This document shows positions 1 through 12,081 of a stretch of 64,000 bases of DNA, one piece after another; the first letter of the stretch is position 1, and every line of letters starts with the position of its first letter. The notes under the pieces were generated by a model. The model made no database searches, was not told where the DNA came from, and was given only the letters and a program-made list of their open reading frames with translations. A program made the position numbers and the translations under genes. Source of the DNA: Antedon mediterranea (Eukaryota; Animalia; Echinodermata); assembly GCF_964355755.1 (NCBI RefSeq), contig NC_092679.1, forward strand, positions 154,201 to 218,200, written 5' to 3'.

Positions 1-524
1 TTCCTGTCTTATAACTGTGTTAATTTTGCCTTTTCCATTGATTCTGTCAGCAATCGTCGAACGATATCTGATATGGTTTTTTTATATAATATTTTAAATT
101 CTAAATATGACTGTTCATTAATTTCACTATTTAGTTTAAATGTTCCTGGTCGTACACGAAATAGACATTTATTGCATATTCCTTTTAGCCGTGTCGACTG
201 TACTAAGAGGGGACTTTTTCATAGACTACCTTATACATTTAATAATCTAAATAGCAATCATATCGATATTTTTAATGATAGACTTGGTTATTTTAAGAGG
301 ACGATGATGTGTTCACTTCTTGAACAGTCTGCATAACCTGTTTTAATTGAAATTTTTTATGGCATGCCAATCTATGTTTTATATATATATTTATATATTT
401 TATCTGTATTTTATTGTTAACCGTTTTTGATGTTGTATTGTTTTATGTTTCAAACCTGTTAGTGGCGGTATTTATCGCTGTTGGTTTTAATTGAATAAAA
501 TAAAAAATAAAAATAAAAATAAAA
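1..524 (+). mobile_element. 3' end of a non-LTR retrotransposon (CR1/L2/Jockey-like LINE): ORF2 C-terminus, 3' UTR and A-rich tail, inside an intron of the SR-B gene
   Basis: The frame from base 1 reads ...SNRRTISDMVFLYNILNSKYDCSLISLFSLNVPGRTRNRHLLHIPFSR..., the RR..D..FLY.ILN...DC....F.VP.R.R pattern typical of the post-RT region of CR1-group LINEs. Stop at 336, then a tail of (TAAAA)n at ~495-524. Confidence 0.75.
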
Positions 525-620
525 GAAGAGATTATTTTGTTGACCAATTATTACTTAAAAACTTAAATATATATAAAACTAAATTATCAATAAAACAGTT
601 TGGATTTGTTATTTTTGCAG

Positions 621-1630
621 ACAAACAGGAAATATACAGACATTACAATTTCCTATCTTGTGGTTTGAAGAGGTAAGGGCTTAGTATTTTGATCCCATCA
701 TGTTGGAAAATAATACCCTATGATAATATGTACAATATGTTGTATACTGTATGCTTATATTAGTTGATGTTAATTGTTAATTATAATGTTTATAATGGTA
801 CTAGTTTAATTGATGAATGATGAAAATAATTTGTTTGAAAACTACAATTTTGAAACATTCGATCCTTTCCTTCCAAGAAACAAACAAAGAAAAGTGATTT
901 GAATTGAAAAATGAATAAACAAACAATCTTAAAATAGACCTGATGATGGGCTATGCCGAGTCATGTTAGTAAATTTATATTGAGGCAGTTTTAACTTGTT
1001 TGATTTTGATTTTATCGATCTATTCCGCATACGCAGCTCTTTTATTTATATTTATATACAACCCTAAAATAGTACAGTATGTACAAAATATCGCATCAAC
1101 CTGAGTTTTCGGCATGTATTGAATATAGGACTATTCCATTATTTCTATAGGGGTGTTACAAAATATAGAATGTAATAATGTGAAGTTTGTCATTATTATT
1201 ATTATAATGTTTTTAATTATTTAGATTGTTACTGTAGACAATGACACAGTAAAACAATACAATGATGGTATTGGTTTAGCATTGACTTGTAGTAATGTTG
1301 TAAAGTATGTGATGACAGGAATTAGTGCCTTACTAGTTATGATAGCAGTTATTATATTTACACGCAAAGAGAGGCTTACAAAAAAAGTAAGTTATATTAT
1401 AATCTACTGGATGATTGCAAGATAGTTTGTTATCGGTGCTTGATAAATTGTGACATTCCTGAATAAAAATAATACTTAGAATTTTGTTTAATGATTTTAT
1501 TATGACCTTATATTAAATGTACATTGTTATGTAATATTAACATTCACTTTTTGTAAATATGTATTTCTCTTAGATGAAAGCAGAAACAAAAAGTGTACAA
1601 ACCACTGAGAAGACACCATTATTAAATTGA
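621..1630 (+). CDS. Last three coding exons (621-672, 1225-1386, 1574-1630) of a CD36/scavenger receptor class B protein, LIMP-2/SCARB2-like; the 5' part lies outside the window
   Basis: GT-AG exons join in frame: QTGNIQTLQFPILWFEE | IVTVDNDTVKQYNDGIGLALTCSNVVKYVMTGISALLVMIAVIIFTRKERLTKK | MKAETKSVQTTEKTPLLN*. This matches the CD36-family C-terminus (SCARB1 QTGKIEPVVLPLLWFAES), followed by a TM helix and a [DE]xxxL[LI] tail like LIMP-2 ERAPLI. Confidence 0.85.
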
Positions 1631-1769
1631 ATAGAAAAGCAAGAACCACAAAGTATGGTAGGCACATATATGAGATGTCCACCTTTAAAAGATAAAAAGC
1701 AGCAACCAAATAATGTTAACATTTTTGTTTTAAAGATTGTTTTTACATACTATGTGTTCATTTAAGCTT

Positions 1770-2142
1770 TAAATTTGTACCTTGAACAATTTTGGAAAAC
1801 AACTTTTAATTAGTTTTTACCAAATGCAGCTTTGTGATGTAAATGTAACAGTATTGGATTATAATGACTTTAAACACTGGAAAATTGTGAAAACAATATC
1901 GTCGTGTGTAAATATATGTTTTTTTAAATGAAAAATCCTGAAATGATTTAAAGTCTATATTGCAAAAAGTTAATTTTGTACTGAACAATTTTAGAAAACA
2001 AGTTTTAATAATGTTTTTACCAAATGCAGCTTTGTGATGTATTTTTAATGAACAGTATTAGAAATAGCTTTAAACATTTAACGATTGAAATTGTGAAAAC
2101 AATATCAGGTGTATGTTTTTAAAATGAAAAATCATGAAATGA
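1770..2142. repeat. Imperfect direct duplication (~200 bp x2) in the presumed SR-B 3' UTR
   Basis: tgaacaatttt.gaaaacaa...tttttaccaaatgcagctttgtgatgt...aaatgaaaaatc.tgaaatgat occurs at ~1783 and again at ~1982. Confidence 0.75.
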
Positions 2143-2390
2143 TATAATTATGCTTTATATATATATATTAGTATACGTACATACTATATAAATGAACTCG
2201 CAAAAAAATATATAAAAACACCACGTACAAAGTCTATACAATCATGAATCTATAATAAAAATACAATAATTAAAAGTTATCTATTGGAAAGTATTAGTAG
2301 GTTTTTGTTTAGTTGGGTGTAATTCATTTTCTGTCTATTGATATTAATCAATTTTGTTTATTATTATGAAAAAAGGTTATTTCATATTAA

Positions 2391-2981
2391 AGGCCAGGTG
2401 CGGGCAAAAAATTTCTATTGATCATACATTCCAATAATTATCGATCTATAGTTTCCCCTATGTTTCATAATTTTTGGGATTTTATTTTTGTTACACGAGC
2501 TTGTTAAAAATAAGCACTTTCTTATCAGTGGGGGGATAGTTCAAATTACACAGTAAAATCTCTATTCTTTTATACACAAATTTTGTAAATAGAGAGGAAT
2601 TTAAAAAAGCCTTGAAAAATAAACGTGGTAAAAAATGTTATCAGATCACTAAATATAGGTAATATAACTTGAATATTACATTTCTGATATTTTTATTCAA
2701 CTTCAGATTTTTATTTTCATGCTATAGCAAAAATTATCCACCGTATATCCACCACCTTTTTTCACCGTCTAGGGAGTCACCAGACATGTTATTACATTAG
2801 GTTAACTACCTAACTACTGAAAAAAAGTCTTCCTGGTTTTTATGGAAGAATTTTGCCAAATTTTGTATTTGACCATATTAAGGGAAATTCATGTTTTTTC
2901 GTCTTGATTTCTGTTACAAATATTTGATTTATGTACAATTAACCAAATATTATATTTAAAATTCATGCCTGTACCTGAGCT
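2391..2981. mobile_element. Non-autonomous DNA transposon, Kolobok-like (TTAA TSD, AG...CT termini)
   Basis: Left TTAA|aggccaggtgcgggca and right tgcctgtacctgagct|TTAA form imperfect TIRs flanked by TTAA. Confidence 0.5.
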
Positions 2982-2999
2982 TTAAAGACTATTATTAAT

Positions 3000-3285
3000 A
3001 ACGGTTGTTCGTGGGTGGTGTGTACGACGTGTGAGGTATCGTAACTAGAGAGGGCGGTAATTTTCAGCTTTTTTTCGTACATTGTACGTTTTGCGTGTGG
3101 TTGTTTGATAATAATATGGTCGTGCCCGAACCATTGGCCACCCTGCGTACGTGTTTTCTCCGCTCCATGAACTGCTCTAGGAGGTAGTGGTGAACATGCT
3201 AGTCTAGCCAGGCCTATTGCATTTATCCTTGTTTTTAACCTTATAAAAACATATTCTTTCTAATTTAAACAAGTAGTGTTTAATC
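3000..3285 (+). promoter_or_regulatory. CpG-rich promoter and 5' UTR region of SART1
   Basis: Local CpG/GC enrichment just upstream of the ATG at 3286; AGAGGGCG motif at ~3049. Confidence 0.5.
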
Positions 3286-6200
3286 ATGGGATCTTCACGT
3301 AAAGATAAGGACGAAAAGAGGCATAAACACAAACATAAAGATCGTGATAGAGATAAAGAAAAGGACAGAAAACGTAGGCATAAACACCACAAGCGGGATC
3401 GATCTCATCGTGACCGTGATGATGATGTCGACGCCGGCGGAGAAGAAGGCATTCGTGAACCCAAAAGAGAGAAAATCTATGATGAATATCCAGGTAAATG
3501 ATATCTATATATATAGACGTTACGTAGGCTAAACCTAAATTACTAAGGGACAATATCTACTTATTTACCTCAATTTCTAGCTAATAATATTCTATTCTAA
3601 AAAAGGGTATCTTTATAAATATAGCCTAGCTAGCCTATATATAGGCCTAGGCCTAGGCCTAATGGTAAGTAGAAGGCCAAGGCGAGGCTTGAAATGAAAA
3701 AACTCCATGTCATGAATTCAAGTATGCCATTTTATTCCTTTTGGCAGAGAGCGATATGTAAACGAGGAGAAAGAAACTAATGAATTTTGTTTTTATCTTC
3801 TAGAGTTTGAGAAGACTACTGAGGTCACACAATCTGTGGGTAGTGGTGGTTTCACAGAATCGTTAAGCATTGAAGAAACTAAGTATGTCATGAAGTCTCT
3901 ACATTTTAATACAAAGCAACTAAAGTCCTGTGAACGTAATGTTACGTTGAGGATACTGAATTGACAGGATTCAACGATTTTACAGAAAAGGGGGCACAAA
4001 TCAACGTAAAAATCATTAAAAACTCCAATCATTGAAGTTAAACCGATCGTTAAAACTGACCAATCAAATGATTCACAAATTAATTCTCGCCGTAACGTTA
4101 TGTAGACAGCACAATAGGCTTTAGCCTTTAAACATTCCACAAATAATTAAGTTCTTTTATGAAAAAATAGCAAGTTTGGTACATTGTGTTATTCTTTTAT
4201 AGTAAAATACGTTTAAAACTTGGACTTGCACCCCTTGAAAGCAGCAATGCCCCCAGACAAGATTCAGAAGATACAATGACAACAAGCATGGCCCCTGTTG
4301 GTTCTACAGATGTCCACAAGCCAGCAAAGAATCTGGCTGAAGAACGTAAAAAGAAGGCAATACAAGAAAAACTAAAACAGATTAAAGCTAAGAGGGAGAT
4401 CAACAAAAAACTAAGGTAGAATTCAAATCTTAAGATTACACTTTATGTTATCTAAGTACAGTCAACTTTCTCAATACAGGACTCTCTGAAAACCATAAAC
4501 TCTACCAATACCAGACATTTTTTGAGGACCAAAAGGTCCCAAATTTATTTTTACCATTAAAAACACATTCCGAATACCAGACTTTCCAGAAAACCAGGTA
4601 TATATTTGGTCAGCCAAAGGGTGTCCGGTAGTGGGAGAGTTGACTCTACTTTCACTCCCAAGTAATGAGTTTCAAGTAATTGTACCACCATCATCATTCT
4701 TCAATTTTAATCTTTTTATAGCAAAGTAAAGACTCTTGGGGAAGATGACGATGTAGACGATATTCATGCCTGGGTTGAAAGAAGTCGAAAGATATCAAAA
4801 GAAAAAGCATTAGCTGATAAAAGGGTAAAAATATTAAGGCAGACTGAACTCAAATATATGTTTTAGAGAGATTTTAGAATTGAAATTTACAGAGCTAGTA
4901 ATTTACAGAGCTAGTAATTTACAGAGCTAGTAATTTACAGAGCTAGTAATTTACAGAGCTAGTAATTTACAGAGCTAGTAATTTACAGAGCTAGTAATTT
5001 ACAGAGCTAGTAATTTACAGAGCTAGTAATTTACAGAGCTAGTAATTTACAGAGCTAGTAATTTACAGAGCTAATTTCTAATTCCTTTCTAGGCAAAACT
5101 TTTAGAAGAAATGGATGCTGATTTTGGGATTGGAGCTTTGGTGGATGAGGAATTTAAGCAAACTAGCAAAGGAAAGGTAACTAATTTTAATGTATGGTTA
5201 CTTGCCTGTTCTCTACAGTTTTACACAGTTTGTTAAAATGTTTATACCTATTTGTACAAAGTTGGTTTGTCTTCATCGTATGAAATAACTATCTTTAATT
5301 GTTCTAATCTCATTACTTTTACCTTATATTTAGAATTATAGTTCTAAAGATATAGCTGGTCTTCAAGTCCAACATTCAGTGAATTCTTTTAAAGAAGGCA
5401 AATCTGTAATTTTAACCCTAAAAGATTCAGGTATGTGTCAATTTATTCCCTCCCTCCTACACTAATCTAGTTACATTTATACTTGATGTAATTCTGTTTT
5501 TGTATGATGGTGTCTGTGAAGAGGGACAACAGTGACAGACTTGTTTGAGTCTCTATGTTCTCCTTCAATCAAATGTTTTGTTGTTTTATTTGTTCTGTAA
5601 AAGTACATTTTAATGTTTGATTTTGGTTGAAATAAATGTTGAATTGAATTAATCACAATAAATATCAGTATAATATGAAATACATCATTAGATTCTTAAA
5701 ATATATTAAAAATTGCAAACACCAGCTATAAGGTAAATACTTTCCATTTCTTTGTAGGTATTTTAGATGAAGAGGATGATGCCTTGATAAATGTAAATAT
5801 GATAGATGACTCTTTAGCTGCTAAAAATACTGAATTAAGAAAAGGAAAACCTGGTTACATCCCATATGAACAGGAAGAAGTTGATGAATTTGGAATAGTA
5901 AGTTAAACTGTTTATATAACTACTTGTAAGTTTCAAATTATGCCTCAAGAAAGTTATGGATATTTTTTTATTGTTAAGGCCAATTTACACAGACGAGTGA
6001 TAAAGGTAAGCGTGCACGTTGTTTGTAAATGGTTATAAGGAATAACATAGATTCTATATTTTTATTCCCACTCATCTGACTTAATAGTCTTAGGACTGCT
6101 TTACTGAATCTGTCTTTTCTATTATATATTCTAATGTATTATGTAACAACTTTTACAATTATATTTTGCCAGGTTAGAAAAAAGACTGTCTTACAAAAGT

Positions 6201-9200
6201 ATGATGAAGAGATTGATGGAAATCGCATAGAATCCTTCAAATTGGGAGAATCTAGTCGTCCAAGTAAAGTAACTCAAGAAGAGAAAATACGGCAAACATT
6301 ACAAAAGGTAGTCATTAAATTTAGTATATTTTATTTAGTATCAGTTTACTCATTTATTCATATTGCTTGTTAATCTTATCAATGTTTAAGTAAGAAAGCT
6401 TTATTTTTCCATAAAAATAGAAATATTTACTGGCAAACAATAAAACATATAATTGATAAAAATAAAAATGTATACACAGATGATGAAAAGGAAAAACATA
6501 AACCACTATTATTTATGGATGAAAAGAATTTGATTTATTGTTTATTTGCAGCAAAGCCTTCATATGGATGAACCTATGATAGCAAGTGATTACTACACTA
6601 GTGTAGAAATGGAGAAGTTTAAAAAACCCAAGAAGCGTCGACGTAAAGTCAAGAAGTTTTCAGTAGATGACTTGACTCCAGACGACAGCAGCAGATCTGA
6701 TCATGGATCCCGGTAACCTTCTATTACTTTATTATCTCTTTGGTCCCTCCCAATGTATTTAAGCAATCAGCTCTTGTAATTATAACTTGAATTCGTTTAA
6801 AAAATTATTAAAAACTCTTTTTGCCCAGGCTTATACATAGTCATGGGCCTAATTCTTTTCATTTTAAATTTGAAATTTTATTGTGCATTTAATCTGAGTG
6901 GATTGCATACTATAAGCATTCAAAAGCGCCTTGAGCACCTTTCGTGGCGAAGTGCACTCTAGAAATTTGTATTATTATTATTATGTAATAGAAGTCATAC
7001 AGACAAATTAGTTTATCGTTTTCGTATATTACTTGAATTATAATTACGGTACATATAATATTATTGAACTTATTTTTTTGTTAAAGTCGAGGAGGAATAC
7101 GTAAGAGGGAACTTGATGATGTTCCATCTAGAAATGATGATGCTATGGAATTGGATTTACCAGACATTGATGGAGGTAAATTGATAAAACAGTATTTTTA
7201 TAAATTAGTCAAGTGACCACTTATTATAGAGCGAGAGAGTGGCCGAGCGGTTAAGACAGTGCAACCATAATTAACATCAGCACTCGCTCCATGGTTCTGG
7301 TGGAAAAACAAGTCTTCTGGCTCATGTGCACTTTAAAGAACCTAGTACATCTTTCGACGAATAGAGAGTTACCCCGGTGTACTAGTACATCACTAGTCTT
7401 TGACTTAGTATAAATAAACTAAAGCAACCAGATATGAACTTTGAATTACATAGACCTTTTCCACAAATTGTAGGAATTATCAGAGGACCAGTACAAATTA
7501 ATCAGGATCAAAATGTTGTAATTGAAGATGATGCAGCCTTGGAATTGCAGCTTGCTCTTAATAAAGCACGAAGGATGAAATATAAGAAAGAACAAAATCA
7601 AGTTGACGGTGATAAGGTAAGCAAGGTGATGCACAGTTTTTGAGCAGGTAGTTTATTCAAATCGGGACATTTATTGTTGAGTAAGGTAAGCAAGGTGATG
7701 CACAGTTTTTGAACAGGTAGTTTATTCAAATCGGGACATTTATTGTTGAGTAAGGTAAGCAAGGTGATGCACAGTTTTTGAGCAGGTAGTTTATTCAAAT
7801 CGGGACATTTATTGTTGAGTAAAGTAAGCAAGGTGATGCACAGTTTTTGAGCAGATAGTTTATTCAAATCGGGACATTTATTGTTGAGTTTCTCAACGTT
7901 TCTATCAATATGCTTTGATTGTCGTCAGGAGTGAGAATGCAGAAGAACAGGAAGCTGGGATTATAAGTGAATTAGGGTGGGACTGGTGTGAAAGGACATT
8001 TATTCAAATAAATAGGGAAACAACAATTATTAAATGCACAACATTTTATTTGTAATGTTTTTAATGCATTTTTATCTTTATTTTTAACAGTTAGTGGTAG
8101 AGTCTTTGAAACTAGAAAGAGACGTATCAATGGCTGAAGATTCAACAGTGAATCCTTCAATGGTTTTGAATGCTACCTCAGAATTCTGTAGGACACTCGG
8201 AGAAATACCATCATATCGTCAGTTTCCAATTTGTGTATTTTTGATATTGAAATGGAACAATTATATTTTCCAATTTATTATGTTTTATTTATATGGATAA
8301 GAATATCTGAAATAAAGGGTAATACTGTACTGATAAATGACCATTATTAATATTATTGTAACAATAAAACAACATTACAGTTTGGCTTTATTGGCTTTGG
8401 CAATTATCTTTTTCTTGAATTGTGAGTATTGGTTTAGAAATATATAAGAGTACTAATTATACTTGCTAATCTTTTTATCTAGACTCGCATATTCCTAAAG
8501 AAGAGGAAAATGAAGATGAAGTTATGGACTTTGAAAAAGAAGATACTGATCACATTGTAGATGAAGAAGGTTTAAATGCTTGGAGTCGAGTTAATCTTGA
8601 TGACGATGAAGATGATGAAGAGGACGAAGAAAAAGTGAGTAACAGCTTTGTTTTGTTAACAATATTTAATATTTTCACCCAGCAGGATTAAAATGTTTCA
8701 ACAAAGGTCATAAAGTATACTGAATACAGACTATAAACGTGTATAGTGTATTTGTGTATGTGATAAAGTATACTGAATACGGACTATAAACGTGTAAAGT
8801 GTATTTGTGTATGTCATAAAGTATACTGAATACAGACTATAAACGTGTATAGTGTATTTGTGTATGTGATAAAGTATACTGAATACAGACTATAAACGTG
8901 TATAGTGTATTTGTGTATGTGATAAAGTATACTGAATACAGACTATAAACGTGTATAGTGTATTTGTGTATGTGATAAAGTATACTGAATGCAGACTATA
9001 AACGTGTATAGTGTATTTGTGTATGTGATAAAGTATACTGAATACAGACTATAAACGTGTATAGTGTATTTGTGTATGTGATAAAGTATACTGAATGCAG
9101 ACTATAAACGTGTATAGTGTATTTGTGTATGTGATAAAGTATACTGAATACAGACTATAAACGTGTATAGTGTATTTGTGTATGTGATAAAGTATACTGA

Positions 9201-12081
9201 ATGCAGACTATAAACGTGTATAGTGTATTTGTGTATGTGATAAAGTATACTGAATGCAGACTATAAACGTGTATAGTGTATTTGTGTATGTGATAAAGTA
9301 TACTGAATACAGACTATAAACGTGTATAGTGTATTTGTGTATGTGATAAAGTATACTGAATACAGACTATAAACGTGTATAGTGTATTTGTGTATGTGAT
9401 AAAGTATACTGAATACAGACTGTAAACGTGTATAGTGTATTTGTGTATGTGATAAAGTATACTGAATACAGACTATAAACGTGTATAGTGTATTTGTGTA
9501 TGTGATAAAGTATACTGAATGCAGACTATAAACGTGTATAGTGTATTTGTGTATGTGATAAAGTATACTGAATACAGACTATAAACGTGTATAGTGTATT
9601 TGTGTATGTGATAAAGTATACTGAATACAGACTATAAACGTGTATAGTGTATTTGTGTATGTGATAAAGTATACTGAATACAGACTATAAACGTGTATAG
9701 TGTATTTGTGTATGTGATAAAGTATACTGAATACAGACTATAAACGTGTATAGTGTATTTGTGTATGTGATAAAGTATACTGAATACAGACTATAAACGT
9801 GTATAGTGTATTTGTGTATGTGATAAAGTATACTGAATACAGACTATAAACGTGTATAGTGTATTTGTGTATGTGATAAAGTATACTGAATGCAGACTAT
9901 AAACGTATATAGTGTATTTGTGTATGTGATAAAGTATACTGAATACAGACTATAAACGTGTATAGTGTATTTGTGTATGTGATAAAGTATACTGAATACA
10001 GACTATAAACGTGTAAAGTGTATTTGTGTATGTGATAAAGTATACTGAATACAGACTATAAACGTATATAGTGTATTTGTGTATGTCATAAAGTATACTG
10101 AATACAGACTATAAACGTGTATAGTGTATTTGTGTATGTGATAAAGTATACTGAATACAGACTATAAACGTATATAGTGTATTTGTGTATGTGATAAAGT
10201 ATACTGAATACAGACTATAAACGTGTATAGTGTATTTGTGTATGTGATAAAGTATACTGAATACAGACTATAAACGTGTATAGTGTATTTGTGTATGTGA
10301 TAAAGTATACTGAATGCAGACTATAAACGTATATAGTGTATTTGTGTATGTGATAAAGTATACTGAATACAGACTATAAACGTGTATAGTGTATTTGTGT
10401 ATGTGATAAAGTATACTGAATACAGACTATAAACGTGTATAGTGTATTTGTGTATGTGATAAAGTATACTGAATGCAGACTATAAACGTGTATAGTGTAT
10501 TTGTGTATGTGATAAAGTATACTGAATACAGACTATAAACGTGTATAGTGTATTTGTGTATGTGATAAAGTATACTGAATACAGACTATAAACGTGTATA
10601 GTGTATTTGTGTATGTGATAAAGTATACTGAATGCAGACTATAAACGTGTATAGTGTATTTGTGTATGTGATAAAGTATACTGAATACAGACTATAAACG
10701 TGTATAGTGTATTTGTGTATGTGATAAAGTATACTGAATACAGACTATAAACGTGTATAGTGTATTTGTGTATGTGATAAAGTATACTGAATGCAGACTA
10801 TAAACGTGTATAGTGTATTTGTGTATGTGATAAAGTATACTGAATACAGACTATAAACGTGTATAGTGTATTTGTGTATGTGATAAAGTATACTGAATAC
10901 AGACTATAAACGTGTATAGTGTATTTGTGTCAAACAGGAAACAGTAGGTGGCGCAGTACTAGAAGAAGAGCCATCTTTACAATCTGGGGTTGCAGGAGCT
11001 CTTCAAATGGCTGTCAATAAAGGATTTTTAGAAAAAGAACAAATCAAGAAATACAAAGCTGCCAAGGATAAATCTATCGAAGCACAAAATTTTCAAGTTG
11101 AGGACAAAAGTTTTCAGTAAGTATTGCAAGTAGTTGGAATTTCATCTTATTCAAACTGCAGATGTCCAACCCCCAAATCGGGAGACTTGGAATGTTTCAA
11201 TTAGAATTAAAGAAATCATTTTTAATTTTACAGTGACATTGATGCGAAATACAACAAACATGACCGCTTTCGTGGCCCATCTTCTGATTTTAAAGAAAAG
11301 TCTGGATACAAACCTAGTTTTAATCTCATATACAAGGATGACTTTGGCAGAGATATTAATCAAAAAGAGGTAATCATTCATTATTCTGAGAAACCTAGTT
11401 CAGTAAACAACGATTTATGTGGTGTGTAAATAATTTTAAAAAGATATCAATCTAATCCACTGGACTTGTTTAGTAAACAACGACATTTCACAAGAATGAG
11501 AATATTCATATCTGGAATTTAAATAATTGCTTTCTGGGTTTTTTCTTTGTAATTGCAACATGTAAACACACACACTGTATAATACTGCCCTCTAGTAAAA
11601 AAGTAATGTTACTTTACAGGCATTTCGCATACTGTCTCATCGCTTTCATGGAAAGCGTTCAGGAAAGCTGAAAACTGAGAGACGACTAAAGAAAATTGCT
11701 GGAGAAGAGGTAAGGGTAACATAATCAATGTTGATGTCCCATGTAATATACTCTACAAGTTAGGTACAACATTTGTCTAAAATAAATTAAAAAATAATTC
11801 ATTTTTATATTTTAAAATTGATTTTCCTTTCTCTAGGCACTGTTAAAAATGTCTTCTGTTGATACTCCACTTGGAACAGTTGCCATGTTACAAGAGAAAC
11901 AGCGAGCTATGCAGTCTCCGTACATTATGCTGAGTGGAGGTGGCAGCAATGTACTCAATGCAGCGTAAGTACAAGTAATGATAAAAAAATAGTAATAAGA
12001 ACCTTGAGATTTAAAAGAATTAAAAGTTTTAAATATTTTTGTTTTCTCCACAGAAATGTAATGACCAAAGGGAACAACTGA
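3286..12081 (+). CDS. SART1: U4/U6.U5 tri-snRNP-associated protein 1 (SART1/Snu66), 18 exons, ~763 aa
   Basis: Exons 3286-3493, 3804-3882, 4203-4415, 4722-4824, 5093-5176, 5334-5430, 5758-5897, 6173-6307, 6552-6712, 7087-7175, 7474-7616, 8091-8217, 8483-8634, 10938-11116, 11234-11369, 11620-11709, 11837-11964, 12054-12081. All are GT-AG and sum to 2292 nt in frame. Motifs: basic RD/KH N-terminus, HIND motif [84 protein letters not shown]. Confidence 0.97.
4459..4647. mobile_element. Tc1/mariner-type MITE remnant in SART1 intron 3
   Basis: TA|cagtcaactttctcaatacagga at the left and tccggtagtgggagagttgactc|TA at the right are imperfect TIRs with TA flanks. Confidence 0.55.
4884..5073. repeat. 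16-bp minisatellite (AGAGCTAGTAATTTAC) x~12 in SART1 intron 4
   Basis: Directly visible perfect tandem copies ending ~20 nt before the acceptor at 5092. Confidence 0.97.
6890..6985 (+). mobile_element. L2-type LINE/SINE 3' tail remnant
   Basis: aagcgccttgagcacc...gcactctagaaat followed by (TAT)n resembles the conserved L2/SINE tail stem-loop. Confidence 0.45.
7228..7395 (+). mobile_element. tRNA-derived SINE (Deu/Nin-domain family), internally deleted copy
   Basis: A-box TGGCCGAGCGGTTAAG, then aacatcagca/ctcgctcc/aagtcttct/gtgcactttaaagaacc/gttaccccggtgt, shared with the copy at 15930. Confidence 0.7.
7613..7889. repeat. 69-bp tandem repeat x4 beginning at the SART1 exon 11 splice donor
   Basis: Unit taaggtaagcaaggtgatgcacagtttttgagcaggtagtttattcaaatcgggacatttattgttgag. 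Confidence 0.97.
8707..10930. repeat. 53-bp minisatellite x~42 filling SART1 intron 13
   Basis: Unit gataaagtatactgaatacagactataaacgtgtatagtgtatttgtgtatgt, with a few recurrent single-base variants. Confidence 0.98.

Noticed and set aside
938-970. CTGATGA...GAG motif as a Penelope-type hammerhead ribozyme or C/D snoRNA
   Set aside because: The required GAAA core is absent (GAGT instead), and no convincing stems or matching D box were found.
3204-4406. Antisense and overlapping ORFs over SART1 exons (also 11151-11381, 11833-12051, 30241-30511, 32181-32399, 34388-34588)
   Set aside because: Shadow frames of real exons or low-complexity sequence.
7238-7300. tRNA gene (TGGCCGAGCGGTTAAG), also at 15939
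   Set aside because: No cloverleaf. The sequence continues into a SINE body, so these are tRNA-derived SINE heads.
7598-7867. Repetitive ORFs (7598-7867, 57908-58138, 63234-63470, 63243-63563) as repeat proteins
   Set aside because: They are translations of minisatellite units with no splice or homology support.
8707-10930. Long regular arrays (also 35135-36030, 36985-38248, 57810-59405) as CRISPR arrays
   Set aside because: Units are head-to-tail with no unique spacers, there are no cas genes, and the context is eukaryotic introns or intergenic DNA.
11647-11667. HGKRSGK instead of the usual HGKGSGK in SART1
   Set aside because: A single substitution in an otherwise intact motif; no basis for a functional claim.
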